Positions 1 through 11,100 of a DNA stretch of 64,000 nt are shown here, in pieces. Position 1 is the stretch's first letter. Every line of letters begins with the position of its first letter. Source of the DNA: Monocercomonoides exilis PA203 (Eukaryota; Protista; Preaxostyla); NCBI GenBank assembly GCA_001643675.2, contig LSRY02000019.1, positions 1,364,001 through 1,428,000 on the forward strand. The letters run 5' to 3'. The translations under genes and the position numbers were made by a program. The notes under the pieces are model-generated. The model had not been told where the DNA came from. It saw only the letters and a program-made list of their open reading frames with translations, and searched no databases.

Positions 1-3000
1 ATTCGCAGCTTCCCGCCCAAAATGAGCAAAGCACCTGCAGAAGGTACCAAAAGAAAGGAGGAAGAGAAAGATGCACATGGCGCGAGCAGTGATGATTCAG
101 GCAGCAACGCGGAAGAAAACGAAGAGAAGACAGAGGAGGAAGAAATGAACGAAAGGCTGGGCATTCTGAAGCACGAAGACGACGACTTGATTGATGTGCC
201 GAACTCCATCAACAGAGTGCTCTACTGCTCAACACCCAGCGCGCCAAAGCTGATTGTGATTTGTGGCTCAGGAAAGATGATCAGGACGCTGGAGGAGTTT
301 CCCAAAGACGGCGGAGACATCAACGAAAGGATGATCCACACGTGGAACATGAACAGGCACGGTGAGAACATCCTCACCGCTGCCTTTGAAGCACCCCACA
401 CTCTTGTCGCAGCTGGTGACGATGGCTCTCTTGTTGCGTGGAATCTGCAGACAGGAATGGAATTGATGACACTGAAGCCGTCGCTCAGCAGACTCAATTC
501 GGTCAACCGTCAAGCAAAGGGAGCATCCAACACATTGGGTGCGTCTTCATCGCGCGAGTCGCTTCATTCTCCGCCTCCAGTTGCTGTCAACAGATCGACA
601 AGAACACCCACGCTATTCCAGCACTCCTCATCCACTGTCTCTACATCACATGCACAATCAACTCCTAAAATAACCTTTGATCTCCAATCCTCGTATTCAA
701 AGAAGCAAAATGCAGAGCCGGTTGTTGGTGCGCCAATTGATGGTGAAGAAGGAACAATGGGGCAGTGCATGTTTCTGCCTGGACATCCAGGCATTGTGAT
801 TACACATGGCGTGGACGGATATCTGCGTTTGTGGAGTGTGGAATTTGGGCACATTCTTGTTTCTGTGCAGACTCGACAGAACACAGCAATATGTGTGATT
901 GACAAGACGGGGACTTACCTCTGCCTGGCCTGCTCTGATGGTTCTGTACAAATATACAAGCTGTCAATTCTGATGGCATTCGCCTCAGTCACATTGGAGC
1001 TGCTGCAGAAGAAGAAGAAGCAGCTTCGCCGGATAAAAGACGCTTCAGCAATTAATTTACCCACGCTGACATTGTCTCCAACCTCTCGAAACATCACCCC
1101 GCCAACAGCATCTCCGACAGGCGTTCATCCTTTCCTTCAGTCTCCGCCTGCTTCTCCTGGGCAGCATTCAGCAATGTCATCTCCTCTTTTAGGCTTCCAC
1201 TCCCCTCAGCCTTCGACTATTATGACGAACAGAACAGAGAATCGCTCTGACGACACAGGCCAAGAAGAATCGAGAGACGAGCTTTTCAGACAAGACTCTG
1301 ATTCCTCGTTGGAGTTGCTGCCCACTCCACGAAATGGCAATGAGGCAAACAACCAGCTTCCATTTCAATTTTCTCAGTCGCCGTTCATCAGACAACGCCC
1401 ATCAACACCTGTTTATCCATCTCTAGTGACTTCACCGCGCCATCAGCAGCCAGCCGATCAGTCAACCAGTTCTACAACTCCACCATTTGGAACTCCGCTT
1501 TTCTCTTCTGCTCCTTTGAGGGAATCTGTTGGCTCTATTTCTCGCAACATGAGCGGGGCTTTTCCATCGAATACACTTGCTTCTCTTGGAGGGAATGGGG
1601 TGGCTGTGATTGGGCAAAGATCGAACCTAAATGACACGGCCTCTGTTGCTTCATTCATGAGACAGCAGTTGCGCCCGCCTCCGCTTTTCCGCCAAAGCAG
1701 CGCATCTCAAATGAGCTCATCAACGAGTCAACGACTTGATCTGCAGAAAGACAAAGAAAGAGAGAAAGATGCAAGGCCTCTGACCGTGAAGTTCCCAGTG
1801 GTGAATCAATCAGATGTGATGATGTACCATTGGCGTGCGACGTTTGACGAGATCAGCGCAGCTACGTTTGTCAACATCCCTGAAGAGACAGTCAAGCGAG
1901 GGAGACTTTACACCTCGCACGCAGTTCAAAGCGGAGGTGTTGATACAGACAAGCAGATTGAAGATGCCGAGAAACAAAATAGTGCACTTTCATCTTCACC
2001 ATCTCCAAATTCATCTCAATCTCCGACGATTCAATTTAGTTCGGCTCCCACTAAACCTGTTGTCAATAACACATTGTTCATCTGCTTATCGTTTTCCAAG
2101 AACATCGCTTTGTTTTCTTTAGAAGGAGCACTCATTGGCACTTATGGTGTTTACATCTCAAAGGAGCAAAAGCCACTGGATGTTGTGCTTAGTCGCAATC
2201 CTCTGATTCCTGTGGAGGAGCCAGCCCCGCTGCCTTTTCCAGTTTCTTCACAAACTTCGTCGTCCAACGAAACACTCTTAAAGAGCAAAAGGAAGAAGCA
2301 CAAGAGAGAGAAAAGCTTGATTCCTGGTGGAAGCAATCTGAATGCTTCGATTCGCTCCATGCAAGAACTGAAAGGCGGAGAAGAAGGAGAAGCAAAAGCT
2401 GATGAAAGAGGAGATGAATCCAGCGTTGGTGCTCAAGAGCGGCTTTTGAGTGAGCTGCAAGCAATTCGTTTTTCTGTCGATGAAGACGACAACGACGAGG
2501 AAGACGCTTTGACGAGCGAAGACGAAGACTCTTCTCATCCAACCCGGCTGAAGCAGATGCTATCAGCACACAGAAGATCGTCCTCCAATCTCTCTGTCAT
2601 GCTTTCTTCTTCTTCCCGCACGCCAAGCGATACGCCTTCTCCTCGGCAGCCCGCGACGGAAGACTTTGCTGCTGACGGTGCGCGTTTCATGGATGTGCAG
2701 CACAGCTTCATTCGGAATGTGCAAAGTCGGCGTGGCTCAGGAGCTGTCCCTTCGCACTTCTCTTCTCCTCCGCAGAGCAAGCAGCATCGCGAGAGGGTTC
2801 CCCAACTGCCCATTCCTGTCCACCACTCGCCGTCGCATTCGCAGATCGAGGATGCTTCGCCGGTTCCGCTCAATTCGACTTCTTCTTCCTCAAACTTGCT
2901 GATGCCTTCTCCGCTTTCAGCCAATCCTCCTCCTCCTCCGTCTGTGCTGATGCTGACCAGGCGGCAGCGGCTGAACATCTCCACACTTCCAAAGGAGTCG

Positions 3001-3294
3001 CCGAGGCTACCGCCGCCTACGCTGGCTGTCACATCTCCTTTCTCAAAGGCTCGAGCACTTAATCCGTCTCCCTTTTCTACGCATCCAAGAGGCACAGAGA
3101 CGAAAAGGAATAATGTCGTTCTACGAACTGATGTATCTGTTGCTGAGCAGTTAGATCAACTCGTTCCATCGCCACTGCACACTGAGCGTCAATCAACACT
3201 TGGGGGAACACAATATCATTCAACAACGATATATCACACTCCAATGGTCCCCGCCACACCACAGATATGGCAACCAACTCATAATTCGTTATGA
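1..3294 (+). CDS. WD40-repeat protein, WDR49/CFAP337-like, with long Ser/Pro-rich inserts; probably 5' truncated by the window edge
   Basis: Frame is open from base 1. WD-like blades: HGENILTAAFEAPHTLVAAGDDGSLVAWNLQTG, GIVITHGVDGYLRLWSVEFG, DKTGTYLCLACSDGSVQIYKL and terminal ALFSLEGALIGTYG. The last resembles the WDR49/WDR64 family end motif (family assignment by recall). Confidence 0.7.
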   Translation: MRSFPPKMSKAPAEGTKRKEEEKDAHGASSDDSGSNAEENEEKTEEEEMNERLGILKHEDDDLIDVPNSINRVLYCSTPSAPKLIVICGSGKMIRTLEEFPKDGGDINERMIHTWNMNRHGENILTAAFEAPHTLVAAGDDGSLVAWNLQTGMELMTLKPSLSRLNSVNRQAKGASNTLGASSSRESLHSPPPVAVNRSTRTPTLFQHSSSTVSTSHAQSTPKITFDLQSSYSKKQNAEPVVGAPIDGEEGTMGQCMFLPGHPGIVITHGVDGYLRLWSVEFGHILVSVQTRQNTAICVIDKTGTYLCLACSDGSVQIYKLSILMAFASVTLELLQKKKKQLRRIKDASAINLPTLTLSPTSRNITPPTASPTGVHPFLQSPPASPGQHSAMSSPLLGFHSPQPSTIMTNRTENRSDDTGQEESRDELFRQDSDSSLELLPTPRNGNEANNQLPFQFSQSPFIRQRPSTPVYPSLVTSPRHQQPADQSTSSTTPPFGTPLFSSAPLRESVGSISRNMSGAFPSNTLASLGGNGVAVIGQRSNLNDTASVASFMRQQLRPPPLFRQSSASQMSSSTSQRLDLQKDKEREKDARPLTVKFPVVNQSDVMMYHWRATFDEISAATFVNIPEETVKRGRLYTSHAVQSGGVDTDKQIEDAEKQNSALSSSPSPNSSQSPTIQFSSAPTKPVVNNTLFICLSFSKNIALFSLEGALIGTYGVYISKEQKPLDVVLSRNPLIPVEEPAPLPFPVSSQTSSSNETLLKSKRKKHKREKSLIPGGSNLNASIRSMQELKGGEEGEAKADERGDESSVGAQERLLSELQAIRFSVDEDDNDEEDALTSEDEDSSHPTRLKQMLSAHRRSSSNLSVMLSSSSRTPSDTPSPRQPATEDFAADGARFMDVQHSFIRNVQSRRGSGAVPSHFSSPPQSKQHRERVPQLPIPVHHSPSHSQIEDASPVPLNSTSSSSNLLMPSPLSANPPPPPSVLMLTRRQRLNISTLPKESPRLPPPTLAVTSPFSKARALNPSPFSTHPRGTETKRNNVVLRTDVSVAEQLDQLVPSPLHTERQSTLGGTQYHSTTIYHTPMVPATPQIWQPTHNSL

Positions 3295-3463
3295 CACATA
3301 TTTCGAATTTCCTCTTATTTAATTAAAATTAATGTTATATTTATATATATTGTTTTGATTATTTTTATATTGTGAGGTTAGAGTTTTATAATTTTTTATT
3401 TTTTTTTTACAAATTTTCTGAAGTTTTTTTTCAAAGAAAAATGTGATCAATTTCCATAATAAA

Positions 3464-4917
3464 ATGACGAACTCAAAATTTGATTATGTGAAATCTTTTG
3501 AGACGAGTGTGATTCTTGTCTGTGTTGATCAGTAATTAACGTTATTTTTATTTTAAAGATGACGCACTATTGCCGGAAATGTATCTCGTCGTTAGGGTTG
3601 ATGGACATGGATTTACAAAGTTGATTGTTTTTTCTTAAATTTTCGGTGAAGCTCTGTAATTTATTTTTCTACAAGATTTTGTGATAAATACTCATTTTTA
3701 AAGCCAAATGACGATCGGGCAATTGATCTTATGAATGCGTGCGCAGTTGCTGTTATGGAAGAATTCAATGATATTATTTTAGCATATGGACAAAGTGATG
3801 AATATAGCTTTCTTTTCCAAAGAGATGCAAAATGCTTTTTGCGACGTTCCAGGTTTTCATATTTATTTTTAAAAAATTTGTTGGTTATGAGTATTTATTT
3901 TAATTCAGTAAAATCACATCTCTTGTTGCCGCTTGCTTTTCATCAAACTATGTTTTAAAATGGAGTCATTTCTTTGAAATGCCTCTTGACAAAGCACCTT
4001 TTTTTGATGGGCGCGTTGTTGCCTATCCTCGTCCTGAAGTTGTCCGTGATTATTTTTCTTGGAGGCAAGTTGACTGTCATATTAACAACATGTATAACAC
4101 AACATTTTGGGCTTTAGTTAAAAAAGGTGTTGATCAGCAATCAGCCGAGAAATTTACAAATCGTATTTTTACAGTTCCATCAGAAAAGCAGACATCTGAG
4201 CAGAAGGAAAATAAAAAACATCTTCAACATGAAACTTTAGTTAGCATTCTGAGTCTTTTATCGTTTCCAAAGGAAGAAATTGAAAAAGTATTTCCATCAA
4301 TAATAGTTAAGGACATTGCGTCTCCATCAACCAGTACATTTTCTGAAATAACTGCTCGGATAGCTTCACTGAGTAATATTTCAACTAATTCAACATCTCC
4401 AGCAAAAGAAGAATCGCAACATCAAACGCTGGGTGTCCGTGAATATCTTACGCATCCGTCTCCAGTATTTTTCAAGAATGAAACGCTTTTCAGACTCGGA
4501 ATAAATTATAATTTTCTTTCTGAAAAACACAAAAAGGGAACAGTTGTAATACGAAGATCAAGTGAATGGGAAAAAATTCAACAAAAACATAAATTAAATG
4601 TGCATGATTGCACTGAAAGCGCGAAATGTGAACAAAAACTACAAGAAGAGTTAAGTGATGATTCTCTGAATAAGTCAAATTTTGTGAAAGATTTCCCTTT
4701 TGATGGGAAAGAACATTTGGAATTATTACATGTCGATATTATAAAAGATGATTTCTGGAACGCTCATCCATATATTCTTGGCTTTTTTGATCATGGATTA
4801 TTTGATCCTTTTCATCCTGTTGAAAAAGCTGTGGAGCGCGAGTCAGTTTGGAAAAAGGGAAAGATGAAGAGAGAAGAAAAAGAAAAACAATTGGAAAAGC
4901 AAAATTCTAAACAATAA
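3464..4917 (+). CDS. THG1: tRNA(His) guanylyltransferase Thg1, 3 introns
   Basis: Spliced translation MTNSKFDYVKSFET-NDALLPEMYLVVRVDGHGFTK-FCDKYSFLKPNDDRAIDLMNACA...AYGQSDEYSF...FDGRVVAYP...DYFSWRQVDCHINNMYNTTFW...KNETLFRLGINYN...KKGT...LHVDII matches Thg1 motifs. GT-AG introns at about 3507-3558, 3620-3675 and 3853-3908. Confidence 0.95.
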
Positions 4918-5029
4918 TAAAATATTTTCTCAAAACATTTTGTCAAGAAGAAAAGAAAAATAATTTATTTGATGTTAATGAGTGTATTTCTTCTCATTCT
5001 TTTTTTATGATAAAAACATTTCAATCTGA

Positions 5030-5031
<2 letters not shown>

Positions 5032-5083
<52 letters not shown>
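5032..5083 (+). repeat. Poly(A) homopolymer, about 52 nt
   Basis: Directly visible run of A. Confidence 0.95.
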
Positions 5084-5085
<2 letters not shown>

Positions 5086-5329
5086 GCGAATCAATTCTTC
5101 TTATTTTCCTCCCTTTTCCATGTTTTCTTTTTATCTCTTCATTTTCATCTTCGTTTTAGATCATCAAAAATAACAGCAGAGCGTTTTCTATTGATTTTGT
5201 GCTTGAATTCAAAAACTTCACACTTTTCAATTTCTTTCTCTTTTTTCGACTTTTTTTTTTTATTTCTTCATTTTGTTTCAAAAACAGTTCCCAATCATCG
5301 AGAAGTGCTTTTTTCAAGAATTAATTTCC

Positions 5330-6642
5330 CTAAATTATCAAAATAATTGTTGTGATAATGAAGAAAGGATTATGATGTTTTAGGAAGTTTGTGGAGAACA
5401 GGACAGAATGAATTTTGAAGGATTCAGATTTCTTTAAAAGCTTTATTGATGACAGAAAGAGTTTAAGCGGAGTGGATTGCTTGAGGAAGCACATCAGGAA
5501 GCGCTTTTTTTGGAGAAGAAGATGAGTTTGATGAAAAAACATCAAATGAAGATGAGAGGAAAGTCTTGAGTATTGTAAACACTCCTTTATCGAGCGGTCG
5601 GGACAGATAATAGCTGTGCGGGATATGTTTGATGACGCTAAAGATATTCTTTGAAGAAAATCTCCAAATAGAAGGAGCTCCTCGTGAAGAATGAGGAATC
5701 AAAGAAAAGGTGATATTTCTTTGTTTCAAAAAATATACGCTAACTTCTTTCATGGAAAAAGAGAGTAGAATTGTTTCAACATATTTTTTGTTGTGAGTTT
5801 AGTCCATTTATCCTCTTTTATTGGACCAAATTTCAAGAGTTGGCGAGAGAAGCGGAACAAATTCGTCCGGTTGTTTAATATTTGCCTTGAGAATGATGCA
5901 AAGTCATGAATAATTACCTACAGCCACGGCAGCAACGAGTATCGCGGTGTCTGTTTTTTGTGCTTTCAAACAGCACTCAGCGCTTTGGACAGATGAATGG
6001 ATAACTTTGATATTAGCAGCCGGTGGTACATAGAAAGAAGATTCATCTCCATAACAAATAACTGAAATTTTGTTGTTATTATTTTCGTGTGATTTTGAGA
6101 TCATTTGATACCAATGCTTCATTATTCTCTTGCAAGACATTGCAAGCCGATTTATATCCAAACTTTATGGTTTGCTCTTCGTCAACTCAGGATGCCACTT
6201 CAAAAACCCATACGCCGAAGCATTTGAAACTGTTATATGTGGCTCGTTTTCTTCTTTTGTATCGTTTATAGCATTTTCCATCAAAAGAAAAAATGTTATT
6301 GTTGCAATAAAAAACTTGAGCAAATCAATTCTCTTGTTTTCTTCATTGTCAAACTGCTCCCACAAATAGAATCAATTTTGATCATATCCAGAACTGTTTC
6401 TTCTTTCTCTTTGCTGATTGCCTGCGGTCTTCCAAGTTTTCATACTGCCCTTTTAGCTCGAAACGCACGAACTGTGCTTTTGATGCTGCTGCGGCAAACT
6501 GCTTTGAATTGATGGAATCTGTGATCTTGACGACGCCATCGTATACAAAGATTGTTATTCTCTCCTGTTTGTTTTTGTATTTTCTGTTAAGCATGAAATC
6601 ATGAAGTGTGAATGTTTCTTTTGTCCTTTTTTTATTCTTCAA
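5330..6642 (-). mobile_element. Decayed pogo/Fot1-type (DDE_1, Tc1/mariner superfamily) transposase pseudogene
   Basis: Fragments broken by stops and frameshifts: GFLKWHPEL...DINRLAM...WYQ...ICYGDESSF (F.RHP / I.N.DE motifs), TAILVAAVAVG, and HSSR...IPHSYYLSRPLDKGVFTILK (cf. P.HSSH..QPLD.GVF..LK). Confidence 0.8.
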
Positions 6643-8155
6643 GAATTTTTGGTTTTTTATTATAAGGTTTAAATCTTATTTTTTATTTTTTGCAATAAAC
6701 TTGTTCTTTTTATAAATTTTCTTTTTAAGTTGAAAACTGAATAAAAAAATTTCTTTGTATGAATTGATAAGTTGATCCCCTCTCACCATACTGATTTTTC
6801 CAAAACTGAAAATCCCGCAATTAATGTTAGAGAATGAGTCGACACACCTTATCTTTCACTCCATTTGAAATATTCACGAAAAAATGAAAAACTCCTTTGT
6901 TTTCATTTCTTTCTATATTCTTTGAATATGACATAGGACTTTTGTTTCGATGGATCGTTTCTGAGTGTAACTTTTTTTAAAAATAATATGATGGAAAAGT
7001 TCATTCCATCAATTTCAAACATATACGAATCACTTTCATCAAAAAAGAACTCGTTCTGTTTTGCTATATTCTGCAACTTGTTTTTAATAGTATTTTTAAA
7101 AATATCTCTTTCAAAATTTATTATATTTGTTATATTTTTTTGTCAAAACAAAGAAATCCGATCATTGATTCCTTTCAGAAAAACATGTTTATCGTTACCA
7201 AGTCCTGTAGCAACTGTGTGTTCACCAAACCAAATTTTATTCTTCATTTCTCTTCGGAAAGAATATTTCCTTCTCTTCCATTTCTTTTTTCAAAATAATG
7301 GAAAATGCTTTTTCTGAATCCAGACAGCTGCAACATTTATGTTAATTTAAAAAAACATCGTTCAAAAAAACTGAAGTGATTTTAACGTTGTTGCAACGGT
7401 TTTTTCACGAATTATGGTTCTTCCTTTTGTTTGAAGATTCAATTTTTACACATTTGTTGATTGAATATTAAAAGAAAATCCGAATAAAAGATTTTTTCTT
7501 CTTATGGAAAAATAATTATAATTGATATTGACATTTCACGGGGAGTGTGTTTCTTTTCGGAAAAATGAACTTATTGCAAATAACTTGCAGTTATTATGGA
7601 TAAGAAGCAATTGCAAAGAGAATAACTCATGATATCTGTCAAAGTCTAATTCTTAGAATGGAAACCATAGCTTTTTTTTTTCGGAATATTGATATTTCGG
7701 CAGATTTTTTAATTTTCAATTAAACAAACGAATAAACAAACAAACTTAAAAAAAAAAAAAAGAACATTCACACATTTGTTGAATAACTTATGCAATTATG
7801 AATAAAACAAAGATTTATTCCAAACATTTTCTTCAATAAAATCATTATGCATAAACTGAAACAATGCAAAGAAATACTGAAAAATTCTCAAATTGAGAAA
7901 TAAATTTGGAAATGATGGAATGGATCATAATTCATATGGAGCATAATATTTACTATTATAAAAAAATCAGAGATTTGTTCCAGACTTATTCTGCAATTAT
8001 TTCACGACATGTCTTCCAACAAAGTGAAAAAAAAAAAAAAAAAAAACTCGATATTTTTAAAAAATTGAGAAAAATATTTGAAAATAATATTTGGAACAAA
8101 ATTCATAAAACAAAAAATTTCGTCCCATATATCCTCCTAAGGAATATAATGCACG

Positions 8156-11100
8156 ATGAAAAAAACACTTCAACAAACATTATTTATATTTATTGTTTTG
8201 TTAAACTGTTTATTTTCAGCAGATGATTGCAAGCAAACAATTAAAAACATATATTCTCAAATTATCACAAAAGATAATACATTCAAAAATCAACAAGATA
8301 CTGCCATTTCACCTTCTTTCAAAAATGAAGAGATTTTTTCGTCAAACAAAATACAATTCTCTTCATCAGAGACAAATGATATCCAAAAATTTTTTGAAAC
8401 AGAAAACACTTTAACAATTGGCTATTTTAGTCAGTTCAGAATAAATGATTGTTTGAAATCAAACACATATGAAAGCATGATGTTGAGTTGCGTGAGAGGA
8501 GAAATGATCTTGCTGAATTCTTCATTATTTGTCAGAGAAATTATTCTTGTCCAAACAAGCACTCCTTCTTTACTGATTAAAAGAGATGCATCGAAACTGT
8601 CAATGAATAATTGCTTTCTTGAATTATTCCCAACGCTTGCTGTCTCTCCTTTTGAGTGTTCAAATGGAATTGTCAATTTGATTAATATTTCCATCATAAA
8701 CACATTGCAAAGTGGTGCTTTGCCTTCTCTTGTCTCAACAAGCTCCTCTTCAATTTCTTCAACAGGATTAGTTCTCATTTCTTTCAGCTCGTTTTCATCA
8801 TTTTCAACCTCATTCGAGAATCCATTTATTGCAGATATCAATTTATCATTTTCTTCTGCTTCACATTGTTGTTTCCACAACATTTCCACTCAAAACAATA
8901 ACATGCACTCAAAACACTTGCGTTCTAATCAAGAAAGCAAAATTGAAAACTGCTTCATCACAGTTTGCATTTGTCCGTTTTATGGAGTGATTATTTCAGG
9001 TTCACTAGGCTATGGTGATTTCTCCTCCACAAACACTTCCTTTATTCGTTCGAGAAACACCTATTCTCACAAAAATTATTCAAATACAACACAATCATTT
9101 ACAGAAGGTGATATCGCATTTGAAGATTGCTCTTTTTCTGAATGCAGCGCTCTTCATGGAGGTGCAATTGCGGTAAGCGAAAATGCCAAGCTCACTGTTG
9201 AAAAATGTATTTTTTCAGAATGCATTGATACGTTTAATGGTCAATATGGATATGGAGGAGCTGTTTTCATCAATGGAAGCAATTGCGAAATTTCGAATTC
9301 TTCTTTTTCCAAGTGTGCAGGAACAGGATTGAGTTCAATTGGTGGTGCATTTGCACATATTTCAAGCAATATTTCTTTGATTGTTTGCTGTTCTTTTGAT
9401 AATTGTTCATCAAAATTAGGAGGAAGTGTTGCATGGTATATGGGAGGAAGTGGATCAATTTTAGATTCAGTGTTCAAGTGTTCTTATGCATCTGTTTACG
9501 CAGGAACGGTATTTCTTCAACTTCAGAAATATGATTTTGTCATATCGAATTGTTATTTGAATAAAGGGGATACTCAATGCGGAGCAGGAGGATTTGACAC
9601 TTCAGAAAATAACAATAATAAGAGTCTTGAAATACAGTTTTGCCTATTTGAAAACAATACAGTGCAGAAACTATCACATGGTGCGGATATTTTTATCGGA
9701 AAGGGATATAGCCTAAACAATCACACAGTCCAGATCTTATACTGTCTTTCTTATTCAACAGCTCCAAGAAAAGTTGTTCAATGTGCTCAATATGCTTTGG
9801 ATTGCGGAGATGATAAAGGTGTTGCATATGACTCATATCTTCCATCTCCCCAGTCAGAAATACACATTAGCAATTCGGGAAACGATGTGAACACTTGCGG
9901 AGGAGTTGGTTCGGAATGCAAATCGATTGAATATGGAGTGACGAGGTGGAGAGAACAACTGAATCAAAATGTGTATATGGGCGAAGAAGTATTTGTTGAA
10001 GACATAATTGAAATTGATTGGATGAACATTGTTCTCAACGGAATAACAAACAGCAAATCAGCAATAAAATGCCATGAGGCTTCGCTCACAGATCATCTCA
10101 TCTCCATCGGCAATGGTTCGCTGAATGCAAAAAGGATTTCTTTTGTTTGCGTGTTCAATCGATCTGCCATTACAATCGGGTCATCTGGTTCTCTGCAGCT
10201 TGAATTGTGCTCTTTCACAAAAAGTGCTCAATCGAATCAGCCGTCAATTCAACCTCTAATCAATGCTGAAAATGGATATATGACAATAGAGTTCGTAAAT
10301 GTGTCACAGTTTGTTTTTTCACAAGGATGTGCTTTTGCAACTTCCGACTGCAAATCCATCATTATTTCGAACACTTCTTTTTCAGATATCGAATGTGCGC
10401 AAAATGGTGGATGCTTGAGTGCATCATGGAGTAAAATATCAGAAGGCACCTTTTCAACTTCAATAAACAATTGCATCTTTAAGCGTTGCAGGGTGGTTGC
10501 AGATGGAAATGGAGGAGGTGCATTGTTCCTCTCACTTCAAAATACATGCTCTGCAACCATTTCGTCATGCTCATTTGAAGAATGCGAGGCACCTTTTAAT
10601 TCGCAAGTGGGATTTGGAGGAGGAATCTTTCTGGATCTTGTTCATTCAAATGCTACATTTGCCATCACCACTCCTTCTTTTTCTGTGGAAAAGCCAAACA
10701 AAGCGAAACATGGAAATGACTTGTTTGTGAAATCACCAAATCTCAGAGAATCTATCACAAACGAAACACTTCCGCTTGCCTATGCATTGGGGCACAGCTC
10801 CTTCGGCAGTTTGCAAGGGTTCACTGGGAATGACCATGAGCATTCAATTCCGTTGGTTTTGTTTTTGGAGGATGTTGGGCAAACAATCCATGTTAGGAGC
10901 AATGACGGTGTTGATACTGTGGTGTGTGGATTCTCGGATTATCCGTGCCACTCGCTCAATTACTGTGTGGAGAGGTTGGATGAAGAAAACGCAAAGACAG
11001 TAGCTGTTCTTGCCTCAGCAACAATTGAAAACGAAACGACATTGCACAATTTGGATTTGAAATCATCAAATACATCAAAAGCCGAAATCACTTGCATCAA

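Noticed and set aside
6750-7450. Possible additional DDE transposase debris (VAAV...FPLF on the minus strand)
   Set aside because: Too degenerate to support a call.
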